DNA from: an uncultured Gemmatimonadales bacterium
GTDB taxonomy: Bacteria > Gemmatimonadota > Gemmatimonadetes > Longimicrobiales > RSA9
NCBI GenBank assembly: GCA_963798085.1
Contig: CAWCRS010000007.1
Coordinates: 160,001-224,000, forward strand
Length of the DNA: 64,000 nt
Direction: 5' to 3'
The notes beneath the pieces are model-generated. The model did no database searches, was not told where the DNA came from, and saw nothing but the letters and a program-made list of their open reading frames with translations. Numbering within the stretch: position 1 is the stretch's first letter; each line of letters begins with the position of its first letter. The position numbers and the translations under genes were made by a program. Shown piece by piece: positions 1-9,413 of the stretch.

Positions 1-1004
1 GAGCACTGGAAGGCAATGTCGAGGGCCAGCTCCATGCCCCGCTCGCGCACACGTTCCTGGAACCAGCGGAAGTCATCGATGGTGCCCAGCTGCGGGTGCA
101 AGGCTTTGTGGCCGCCATCCACGCCGCCAATGGCCCACGGGCTGCCCGGGTCAGCGGGCCCCGCTATCAGCGTGTTATTGGGGCCCTTGCGGTGCGCGAG
201 GCCGATCGGATGTATGGGCGGCAGGTACACCACATCGAAGCCCAGCCCGGCTACGTAGTCCAGCCGTGATTCGCAGTCGCGGAACGTGCCGTGCACACCG
301 GTCGGGCCGCAGGAGCGCGGAAAGAATTCGTACCACGCGCCGAAGCGCGCGCGCTCGCGATCCACGAGCACGATCAGTTCGCGCTGGTAGCGCGTCACGA
401 AGCGCGGCTCGGCATACTGCAGCACCAGCTGCTCGAGCGCATCATCGAGTGCCGTCTGGCGGCGAATGGCGAGGTCGACGTCGCTGTTCAGGAGTGCGAC
501 GTTGTAGCGGCGGAGCGTGCGTGCATCCTCACCGGCGGCGCGCGCCCCGGCGGCCGCGACCATGTCGGCGCCGATCAGGAGAGCCACGGCAATGTCCGCC
601 CTGTCCACGCGCTTCTTCAGATCCAGGCGCCAGGTCAGGAAAGGATCCACCCATGCTTCCAGCGTATAGCGGTGGCGGCCCAGGGCCGGCACGCGGAACG
701 AGCCTCGCCAGCGGTCATTGACCAGTGCGGTCATGCGCACGCGCGTCCATTCCGTTTCCTGCGCGTGCCGGTGCAGCAGTGTGCAGACGATGGCGTCGTG
801 GCCATCGACGAAGACGTCGGCCTCGACCGTGACGCTTTCCCCAACCGTGCGTTTGATGGGAAAGCGACCCGCTTCGATCTCGGGCGTCACACCCTCAATG
901 ACCACACGGCAGCGGCCCTCGTCGGGCAGCGGTCGCAGTCCGTCGCGCGCTTCGCGAACCAGTGTGCGCGTGCGCTCCCGGGTGGGCTCGACGGCCCGCG
1001 CCAT
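1..1004 (-). CDS. glgE: Alpha-1,4-glucan:maltose-1-phosphate maltosyltransferase GlgE (runs off the window start)
   Basis: Manual minus-strand translation from ATG 1004, which overlaps the glgB stop: RVVIEGVTPEIEAGRFPIKRTVGE...ARFGAWYEFFPRS...GFDVVYLPPIHPIG...GSPWAIG...LALDIAFQCS. Not in the ORF track. Confidence 0.93.
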   Translation of the reverse strand, partial: MARAVEPTRERTRTLVREARDGLRPLPDEGRCRVVIEGVTPEIEAGRFPIKRTVGESVTVEADVFVDGHDAIVCTLLHRHAQETEWTRVRMTALVNDRWRGSFRVPALGRHRYTLEAWVDPFLTWRLDLKKRVDRADIAVALLIGADMVAAAGARAAGEDARTLRRYNVALLNSDVDLAIRRQTALDDALEQLVLQYAEPRFVTRYQRELIVLVDRERARFGAWYEFFPRSCGPTGVHGTFRDCESRLDYVAGLGFDVVYLPPIHPIGLAHRKGPNNTLIAGPADPGSPWAIGGVDGGHKALHPQLGTIDDFRWFQERVRERGMELALDIAFQC

Positions 1005-2953
1005 CACTTCTCTCCCGGTCGGAAAAGCACCACCGCCAGCGGCGGCAGTGTCAGTGTCAGTGACTGGAACTGGCCGTGCGCGGGCACCGGCACCGCGTCG
1101 ACGCCCCCGAGATTGCCCTGGCCGCTGCCACCATAGAGCGGAGCATCGGAATTCAGCAGCTCGCGCCAGTGGCCGTCCTGCGGCACGCCCACGCGATAAT
1201 TGTGGCGCGGGACGGGCGTGAAATTGCAGACGACGAGCACCGTGTCATCCGCAGCGTGCCCCCGACGCAGGAAGGCGAGGACGCTCTTTTCGGAGTCATT
1301 CACGTCCAGCCACTGAAAACCATCATTGCTGAAATCGCGCTGATAGAGCGCCGGCTGGGCGCGGTAGAGGGCGTTCAGGTCGCGCAGCCAGCGCAGCGCC
1401 TGCGCGTGCGGCTGCTGCTCCAGCAGGTGCCAGTCCAGGCTCTGCTCGTGGTTCCATTCGTTCCACTGCCCGAATTCGCCGCCCATGAACAGCAGCTTCT
1501 TGCCCGGGTGCGTCCACATGTAGCCGAAGAGCAGACGCAGGTTGGCGAAGCGCTGCCAGTCATCGCCGGGCATGCGTCGCAGCAGTGAGCCTTTGCCGTA
1601 GACCACCTCATCGTGGGACAGAGGTAACACGAAGTTTTCGTGGAAGGCGTACCAGATGCTGAAGGTCAGCTGGGCATGGTGAAAGCGACGATGCACGGGA
1701 TCGCGTGACAGGTAGGCCAGCGTGTCGTGCATCCAGCCCATGTTCCACTTCATGCCGAAGCCCAGCCCGCCCAGATACGTGGGGCGCGACACCATGGGCC
1801 AGGCGGTGGATTCCTCGGCAATGATCTGCGTGCCGGGGAACGCGGTGTAGCAGGCCTCGTTGAGCGAGCGCAGGAAGCCGACGGCCTCGAGGTTCTCCTT
1901 GCCGCCGTACTCGTTGGGGATCCATTCGCCGGCCTTGCGCCCGTAATCGAGATAGAGCATGGACGCGACGGCATCGACGCGCAAACCATCCGCGTGATAC
2001 CGGTCCAGCCAGAAGAGCGCGCTGCTGGTCAGGAAGGAGCGCACCTCGTGGCGGCCATAGTTGAAGAGGTGCGACTTCCACTCGGGATGAAAGCCCAGGC
2101 GTTTGTCACTGTGCTCGTAGAGCCAGGAGCCGTCGAAGAACGCGAGACCGTGCTCATCGGACGGGAAATGGCTGGGCACCCAGTCGAGGATCACGCCAAT
2201 GCCATGGCGGTGCAGCTGATCGACGAGGAACATGAAATCCTGTGGCGAGCCGTAGCGGCTGCTGGGTGCGAAGTAGCCTACCGTCTGATAGCCCCAGGAG
2301 CCGTAGAAGGGGTGCTCCATGACGGGCATCAGCTCGACGTGTGTGAAGCCATTCTCGAGAACGTATTCGGGAAGCTGGCGGGCCAGCTCACGGTAGGTCA
2401 GAGGCCGATTGCCCTGCTCCGGGACGCGCCGCCAGGACCCCAGGTGGACTTCGTAGATGGAACACGGCGCATCGAGCGCATTGTGGGTGCGGCGCTTCGT
2501 CATCCATTCGTCGTCGCCCCACGTGTAGGACAGATCCCAGACCACCGAGGCCGTGCGTGGCGGCACTTCCCAGCGGAACGCGAACGGATCGCCCTTGTCT
2601 ACCTGAAACCCGCGATGCTTCGATTTGAGGTGATACTTGTAGGCAGTGCCCGGCTCGAGATTCTCCACGAACGATTCCCAGATACCGGAGCCGTCCGCAC
2701 GCGGCTCCATGGGATGGGCCGTGCCGTCCCAGTCGTTGAAGTCACCAATGACCGCGGCGTGCTCGGCATCGGGCGCCCAGACCGTGAATTGCACACCCCG
2801 AACACCCTGAACACCGCGGTTATCTGATGCAAGGAGGTGGGCACCGAGTTTGTCGAACAACCGGAAGTGGCTGCCTTCTCTGAAGAGATAGACGTCGTGG
2901 TCGGTGAGGAGACTGGCGTCGTCGTGGACAGTGTGCTGGGTTCCCCGATTCAT
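1004..2953 (-). CDS. glgB: 1,4-alpha-glucan branching enzyme
   Basis: GH13 motifs GFTHVELMPVMEHPFYGSWGYQ, DWVPSHF, DGLRVDAVASMLYLDY, IAEEST, LSHDEVV. Confidence 0.97.
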   Translation of the reverse strand: MNRGTQHTVHDDASLLTDHDVYLFREGSHFRLFDKLGAHLLASDNRGVQGVRGVQFTVWAPDAEHAAVIGDFNDWDGTAHPMEPRADGSGIWESFVENLEPGTAYKYHLKSKHRGFQVDKGDPFAFRWEVPPRTASVVWDLSYTWGDDEWMTKRRTHNALDAPCSIYEVHLGSWRRVPEQGNRPLTYRELARQLPEYVLENGFTHVELMPVMEHPFYGSWGYQTVGYFAPSSRYGSPQDFMFLVDQLHRHGIGVILDWVPSHFPSDEHGLAFFDGSWLYEHSDKRLGFHPEWKSHLFNYGRHEVRSFLTSSALFWLDRYHADGLRVDAVASMLYLDYGRKAGEWIPNEYGGKENLEAVGFLRSLNEACYTAFPGTQIIAEESTAWPMVSRPTYLGGLGFGMKWNMGWMHDTLAYLSRDPVHRRFHHAQLTFSIWYAFHENFVLPLSHDEVVYGKGSLLRRMPGDDWQRFANLRLLFGYMWTHPGKKLLFMGGEFGQWNEWNHEQSLDWHLLEQQPHAQALRWLRDLNALYRAQPALYQRDFSNDGFQWLDVNDSEKSVLAFLRRGHAADDTVLVVCNFTPVPRHNYRVGVPQDGHWRELLNSDAPLYGGSGQGNLGGVDAVPVPAHGQFQSLTLTLPPLAVVLFRPGEK

Positions 2954-3177
2954 TTCCTCCGTCTGTGGTCAGCCCGACTCACGCCCGCCGCAGCGAGCGC
3001 ACGCCGGGTAGGAATGCGCTCGGACCTATTCGCAAACTGCCCCAATCGGGTGAATTTCGCAACCCCCCGCGGCCTTCGTTCGCCCGGTCCCGGACCGCTT
3101 GCAGAGGGGGGCGCACAGTGATTAATTCGTCGTCTGACAACTCCCCCGGGCACGCCACCGCTCCCCCAGGAGGCTCC

Positions 3178-5518
3178 GTGTTCCGCAATGCTGCGCTCAG
3201 CGTGTGCCTCGGTCTCGCTCTGACATCCGCTGCACGCGCCCAGACTCCCGATTACAGCCGTGCCGAACGTTTTCTCAGCTGGAACACCAGCACCCTGATT
3301 TCCGGCGACCAGGTCGCGCCGCGCTGGATGTTCGGCGGCAATCGCTTCTGGTATCGCAACAAGACCGGATCCGGCTACGAATTCGTGCTGGTCGATCCGG
3401 TACGCAACACGAAAGGACCGCTCTTCGACCAGCTATCGGCTGGCCGCCGCAATGAGCATGGCGAACGACACGTCGTATCTGCCGGACAAGCTGCCCTTCA
3501 GCTCGTTCGACTTCCAGAAGAACGAGACCGCGATCGCGTTCCGCGTGGGGAAGAAGCGCTTCGAGTGCAGCATCCAGGTCTACACCTGCGCCGTGGGTGA
3601 CACGACGTATGACACGGGGCCCTACGTACTGTCGCCGGATTCCGCGTGGGAAGTTTTCTCGGAGGGCTACAACCTGTACCTGCGGCCGCGCGGCGGCGGC
3701 AAGGATTCGGTCCGTCTCACGACCGATGGCGAAGAATATTTCGCGTACGGCATTGGCATGCCACAGCCGCAGACACTGCTCCGCAACCCGCACCCGCACC
3801 AACGTCCCAGCGTGGTGTGGTCGCCGGACTCGAAGAAGATCGTGGTCACACGCACGGATGAGCGACACGTCCTGCACATGCACTACATCTCGTACACTTC
3901 CACGCGGCCACGCCATTTCGAGAAGCCGTACGCGTTGCCCGGCGACTCCATCGTGGCCGTGCCCAGCCTGCACCTGCTCGACCTCACGCAGACGCTGGCC
4001 GCGCTCAAGGCGGACGGTGCGGCCGTACCGCCGCCGGCGAATATGCGCGTCGAGCTGCAGCCCGCGCCCTTCCGCCTGGGCATGAACACATCCGTCCGTG
4101 GATTCGCTGTGGAGCTCGAATTCCGACAGGATCTACGTCACCACGTACACGCGCGGCGCGAAGAAGCTGCTGCTCACGGAGATCGACGCGCACACCGGCG
4201 CGCAGCGCATTCTCGCGGGTGACAGCTCGAAGACCAACGTGATCGGCCAGGAGTACATCGAGCAGAAGAGCTGGTACGTCTCCCGCGACGGCAAGGACGT
4301 GATCTGGTGGTCGGAGCGCGATGGCTGGGCCCACCTCTGGCTCTATGATGGCAATGGCAGCGTGAAGAACGAGATCACGTCCGGCGCCTGGCCCACCGGC
4401 GAGATCGGCACGTGGACGAAGTGAAACGGCAGATCTGGTTCATCGGCCGCGGGCGCGAGCCAGGGTCGCAACATCTACTACGGCTACCTGTACCGGATCA
4501 ACTTCGACGGCACCGGGCTGACGCTGCTCACGCCCGAGGACGGAGACCACGCCATCACGTTCTCGCCCAGCGGCCAGTTCTTCGTGGACAGTACTCGCGC
4601 ATCGAGACGCCGCCCGTGACCGTGCTGCGCCGCGCGCTCGATGGCAGCGTCGTGCGCGAGCTGGAGAAGGCCGACATTTCCCGCCTCGTCGAGATCGGCT
4701 GGAAGCCGGCGCAGGTGTTCTCGGCCAAGGCCCGCGACGGGCTAACAGACATTTACGGCGTCATGTACCTGCCGCCCAACATGGACTCGACGAAGAAGTA
4801 CCCGGTCATCGAGAACATCTACCCGGGCCCGTTCGTGGGCAGCGTGGGCTCATGGTCGTTCAAGTCGGGCGGCGAGCCGTTCGCACTGGCGCAGCTGGGC
4901 TTCGTCGTGGTGCAGATCGATCACATGGGCACGCGCTACCGGTCCAAGGCCTTCCACGACAATTACTACGGCAACATGGCCGACAACGGCATCCCCGACC
5001 ACATTGTCGCCATCAAGCAGCTGGCCTCGCGCTACCCGTTCATCGACATCGACCGCGTCGGCATCTACGGCCATTCGGGCGGCGGCTTCGCATCGACGGA
5101 TGCGATCCTGCGCTATCCGGACTTCTACAAGGTGGCCGTGTCCGGCTCGGGCAATCACGACAACGCGACCTACGGCGATTACTGGGGTGAGACCTACCAG
5201 GGCCTGATGACGAAGGACCCGAAGACCGGCAAGACGAACTACGAGAGTCAGGCCAACCGCCTGGTCGCCGGCAACCTGCAGGGCCACCTGCTGCTCATGA
5301 CCGGCGATGTGGATGACAACGTGCACCCGGCCATGACGATCCAGGTGATCGATGCGCTGATCAAGGCGAACAAGGATTTCGATTTCATCCTGGCGCCCGA
5401 CCGCGGCCATGGTCTGGATGAGCCGTATTTCATCCGCCGCCGCTGGGACTACTTCGTACGTTATCTCATGGGCGCGGAGCCGCCCCACCAGTACGAGATC
5501 AAGCGACCGGGCGGCTGA
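3178..5518 (+). CDS. S9 family dipeptidyl peptidase IV-like protein (several frameshifts)
   Basis: AGGAGG RBS then GTG 3178 and a signal peptide. DPPIV_N propeller pieces lie across ORFs 2965, 3452, 4098 and 4412. Catalytic motifs GHSGGG, GDVDDNVH and GHG. Frameshifts near 3435, 4095, 4410, 4465 and 4590. Confidence 0.88.
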
Positions 5519-5535
5519 ACGGGGCGGGGCCGGCG

Positions 5536-5567
5536 TCCCGGCCGGTGCAGCACCGGGCCGGCCGGGA
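5536..5567. terminator. GC-rich hairpin after the peptidase gene, possible terminator
   Basis: TCCCGGCCGG (5536-5545) is the reverse complement of CCGGCCGGGA (5558-5567). No U-tract follows. Confidence 0.3.
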
Positions 5568-5628
5568 TGATCGCGGCCATAACCGTGCGTTAGGGACAGG
5601 CGCGGCCACCACCGGGGCGAGGAGGATC

Positions 5629-6033
5629 ATGGCACGCAACATCGGAGCGCTGCTGGCGGGTCTGCTGCTGAGCGCCGTGGTCGTCTTCTGCGTCGAAGCG
5701 CTGGACGTCCGCCTGTTCCCGCTGCCGCCGGGCATCGACCCGCACGATCCGGAAGCTCTGCGCACAGTGATGGCGCAGATGCCCGTGGCCGCGAAGCTCC
5801 TGTTGCTGGCGGGCTGGATGCTGGCGAGTCTGCTGGGCGGCTGGCTGGCCGCGAAGCTGGCGCGCAGCGCCCGGCGCAGCCACGCCATGGTGGTGGGCGG
5901 GTTCCTCCTGCTGGGCGCGATCGTCAACATGATCTCCATCCCGCATCCGCTCTGGTTCTGGGTGGCCGCGCTGCTGTTCCTGCTGCCGGCCGCATGGCTG
6001 GGCGGCGGGCTGGCGGGCGCAGCCCGTCCATGA
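5629..6033 (+). CDS. Small membrane protein with about 4 TM helices
   Basis: GAGGAGG RBS, hydrophobic segments, IPHPLWF near the C-terminus. Confidence 0.75.
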   Translation: MARNIGALLAGLLLSAVVVFCVEALDVRLFPLPPGIDPHDPEALRTVMAQMPVAAKLLLLAGWMLASLLGGWLAAKLARSARRSHAMVVGGFLLLGAIVNMISIPHPLWFWVAALLFLLPAAWLGGGLAGAARP

Positions 6034-6074
6034 ACGGGTCCGCTCGAATACCGTGTTAGACCGGTGAACAGGGC

Positions 6075-7358
6075 TTGAGCAACCGCATCCGCATCTTCCT
6101 GAGCCACAGTTCCGGCAACAACGCGCTGACGGCGGGGGTCGCTGCCATTCTCGGCAGGCAGCGCCAGGCGGACGGCATCACACCCGCGTACGACGTGCTC
6201 GTCGACAAGGAGCGCCTGGAAACAGGCCGGCCATGGCCGAAGCAGCTGCACGCGTGGCTGGCACAGTGTCATGCCGGGCTGGTGCTGCTCACCGAAGAGG
6301 CCGTGAAATCGGCATGGGTGCTCAAGGAGTCGACGATCCTGCAATGGCGGCTGGATCGCGACCCGGCGTTCCGGCTCTTCATCGTGCGTTTCGCGGAAGC
6401 CACGGATGCGCTGCTCGAGCAGTACCGCTTCGCGCCGCTGGAGCTGCGTCGCATCCACAGCATCAAGGTAACGGAAGCGGGCGCCGCAGGCCGGCCGGCG
6501 AGCTGGTCGGACATCGAGACGCGCATCACGAACGAACTGGGCAAACAGCTGGTTGGGGTCCGTACGTATGCGACACCCTTCGATCAGCTCGTCGATGACC
6601 TGGGCAAGTGGCTGGGCAATGCCAGCGACAGCGCGCTCCAGGAAGTGGCGGAGCGCGTACGCGCCGAGCCGCCCGCCTGGGACGCGCAGCGCGACGAGCG
6701 CGAGCAGTATCTGGAAGAGATCGCGCGCCGCATCCTGAGCGAGAACCTGGGTGGTTTTGCGGGCGTGCATGACCTGATCGGTGTGCTGGGCCGCTCTCTC
6801 GACAAGGGGCCGCTGCAGGATGTCCTCGACATTGTGGCGCCGCACTGGGTGGATGGCGTGGCCGCATCCCGCCTGCGTGTGATCAGCAATGCGCCCCGCC
6901 CCATCACGGCGGCGCTGAACGGCGAGGCGGTGCAGCAGTACACGGCCCGCATGTACGTGATGCGCGCGCATTTCATGGGTATCGACTTCGTGCTGCCGGA
7001 GGTGGCCGGGGGCGATGCCGGCGAAGGCCCCGAATACATCTCGAGCCAGATCTGCCGCTGGTTCCGCGACCGCAACATCCTGCTGGGCTCCGACACCGCG
7101 ATACGCAAGGCGCTGCAGACCTGGCCGGCGACCGTGTACGTGGTGCTGCCGGATCCCATCGATAACGCCGCATTACAGCAGCTCAAGTCGTGGTACGAGA
7201 AGGTGACGTTCATTTTTCCGACCGGCGAGACCATGCAGACAGACCCTTCGCTGGAGGATGTCGAGTGTCTGGAGCCGGCGGTGGATGTCACCGTCGAGAC
7301 GGAACAGCAGGGCAGCTTCAATGCAGCCGTCGCATTCATCGCCAACAAGAAACGGTGA
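6075..7358 (+). CDS. TIR-domain protein with a C-terminal inactive STAND/VMAP-like domain
   Basis: N-terminal IFLSHSS...VLVDKERLETGRPW...GLVLLTEEAVKSAWVLKE is a TIR_2 pattern with the WxxxE glutamate. The C-terminal alpha/beta region has P-loop-like strand order but no Walker A. Confidence 0.8.
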   Translation: MSNRIRIFLSHSSGNNALTAGVAAILGRQRQADGITPAYDVLVDKERLETGRPWPKQLHAWLAQCHAGLVLLTEEAVKSAWVLKESTILQWRLDRDPAFRLFIVRFAEATDALLEQYRFAPLELRRIHSIKVTEAGAAGRPASWSDIETRITNELGKQLVGVRTYATPFDQLVDDLGKWLGNASDSALQEVAERVRAEPPAWDAQRDEREQYLEEIARRILSENLGGFAGVHDLIGVLGRSLDKGPLQDVLDIVAPHWVDGVAASRLRVISNAPRPITAALNGEAVQQYTARMYVMRAHFMGIDFVLPEVAGGDAGEGPEYISSQICRWFRDRNILLGSDTAIRKALQTWPATVYVVLPDPIDNAALQQLKSWYEKVTFIFPTGETMQTDPSLEDVECLEPAVDVTVETEQQGSFNAAVAFIANKKR

Positions 7359-7393
7359 ACCGCAGGCCGCGCGCGCGGTCGACAGGAGACAGG

Positions 7394-8396
7394 ATGGAAT
7401 TCGAGCCCGTACACTTCAATCCGTTGCAGCGGCAGGGCGGCAGGCAGCTGGATGACGGGACCGTGGCTTTCCGCGCCAGCGACGAGCCCGGCGACATCTA
7501 CCTGTACGCGCCGCGCGTCATCCTGGCGCTGAATGTGGCCCTCGCCACAGGCCGGCCACTCCTCATCTATGGCGAGCCCGGATCAGGCAAGACGACGCTG
7601 GCCTGGAACGCATCCCGGGTGCTGGGCTGGCGCTACTACAAACGCATGATTACTTCGCGCACGCAGGCGTCCGATCTGCTCTGGACGTTCGATGCGCTCA
7701 GCCGCCTGAATGATGCCACCGCCGGCGAACTGCGGTCGCGGGAACAGTACGTCGAGCCCGGTACGCTCTGGTGGGCCTTTCACCCGGAGACTGCCGAGCA
7801 CCGCGGTACGCGCGCGCCGCTGGCGCCGGCCGACCGGGCGCAGAACCCCTGGCAGGGTGAGGCGTCGGAGCAGGCGGTGGTGCTGATCGACGAGATCGAC
7901 AAGGCCGACCCCAATGTCCCCAACGATCTGCTGGAAGCGTTCGACATCCGCGCCTTCACCGTGAGCGAGACGCGGGACCGGGTGAGCGCGCCCCGCGATC
8001 GCTCCGTGCTGATGATCCTGACCAGCAATAGCGAGCGCGAGCTGCCGCCCGCGTTCCTGCGCCGCTGCGTGGCGCTGACCCTGTCGATTCCGGAGGATAC
8101 GGAAAAGGAGAAACTGCAGGAGAACTGGTTCGTGCAGATCGCCAACCAGCGCCGTGGCGACGCCGATCAGGCGCTGCACCGTGATGTGGCACGCGAGAAT
8201 GGTCCGCCTGCGCACGGCCGCCCGCAGCCTGGGCAGTCGCCCGCCGGGCACGGGCGAGTACCTCGATGCGCTGGCCGCGTGCAGCGGCCTGGGTGTGGGC
8301 ACGGACACGGAAGCCTGGCAGGAGATCCTGACCAGCGTGCTGTGGAAGAAGGAATCGGCACCGGCGCTGCGGCCGGAAACACCGGGCCAGGCGTAG
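7394..8396 (+). CDS. MoxR family AAA+ ATPase (one frameshift near 8190)
   Basis: NVALATGRPLLIYGEPGSGKT, VVLIDEIDKAD, PNDLL, ILTSNSERELPPAFLRRC. The C-terminal lid RPPGTGEYLDAL continues in ORF 8154..8396. Confidence 0.92.
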
Positions 8397-8399
8397 CGC

Positions 8400-9413
8400 G
8401 TGTCGGGCGACGAGGCGCGCACGCAGCGCCGGGCCATCTCGCTGGGCGACGCGATCCGTGCTAATGCGTCGTTAAGGCCGCGCGACAGGGAAGCGCACGC
8501 CGCCATCACGGAGATGCTCGGGCTGGAACAGGAAGCGCTCGAGCCGGTGCAGCCGAGTGAAGGCGTCTGGAAGGCGTCCAGCGCACAGCAGCCGGGCATG
8601 ATCTCACCGGCACCTCTGCCGGCGCAGCCGGCCGCGCCCGTGTCGCGTCCCCTGCCGGCGGACAGCCCGCCCGCCGCGGTGCCCTTCACACTGCGCAAGA
8701 TCGATCGCCCGACATCACCCATGAGTGCCCCCGCATGGCTGAGCGTTCCCGGACCCACGCTGGCGCCGGCCTCGGCGTCGGACGCTTCGCCTGAGCCGCC
8801 GCCGCTCTTCGGGCCGCCCCGCGGGCGCGCCATTCTCTCCACCGCTGTCGCCACGACCGTGGACGAAGGCGAAGTCGACATCCAGCCGATCCTCGACTGG
8901 ATAACACGCGGTCAGCCGGTGCGCGCACTGCCTCGCCGGCCCAGCCTCACGCTGCGCCGCGGCGTACAGCTGCTGCTCAATGTGGGCGCCGGCATGACGC
9001 CGTACCAGCGCGATCGCGAACAGCTGCGGCGAGGGCTCGATGACATCCTGGCCGACGATCAGCTCACGCAATACGAATTCGTCGGCTGTCCGACGCGCGG
9101 CATGGGCAGGGGCGTGCGCGCCGGCTGGAAGCCATGGCAGCCGCCGGCGCCCGGAACACCCGTCGTCGCCGTAACGGATCTCGGACTGGGCGGACCGCCC
9201 CTCGATCGCGACCGCGCGGATGCCGAGGAGTGGCTCGAATTCGCTCGCCTCGTGCACGGCCGCGGCCACATGCTGATGTGCCTCGTGCCCTACGAAGCAC
9301 GGCGCTGGCCGCCCGTGCTGGCGCGCAGCATAACCCTGATCCACTGGAGCGAACGCACGACCGTCGGCTCCGTACGGCGAGCGCTGCGCGAGGCGAGGTC
9401 ACGACTGCGATGA
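8400..9413 (+). CDS. vWA-like protein of a MoxR ternary system, degenerate MIDAS
   Basis: Pro-rich linker, then GEVDI...LPRRP...GVQLLLNVGAGMTPY (MIDAS position) and PVVAVTDLG. Starts 3 nt after the MoxR stop. Confidence 0.75.
   Translation: MSGDEARTQRRAISLGDAIRANASLRPRDREAHAAITEMLGLEQEALEPVQPSEGVWKASSAQQPGMISPAPLPAQPAAPVSRPLPADSPPAAVPFTLRKIDRPTSPMSAPAWLSVPGPTLAPASASDASPEPPPLFGPPRGRAILSTAVATTVDEGEVDIQPILDWITRGQPVRALPRRPSLTLRRGVQLLLNVGAGMTPYQRDREQLRRGLDDILADDQLTQYEFVGCPTRGMGRGVRAGWKPWQPPAPGTPVVAVTDLGLGGPPLDRDRADAEEWLEFARLVHGRGHMLMCLVPYEARRWPPVLARSITLIHWSERTTVGSVRRALREARSRLR

Noticed and set aside
5629..6033. Membrane protein as a fifth component of the TIR-MoxR operon
   Set aside because: Only proximity (41 bp) supports it, and it looks like a generic small membrane protein. 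Co-occurrence data would be needed.
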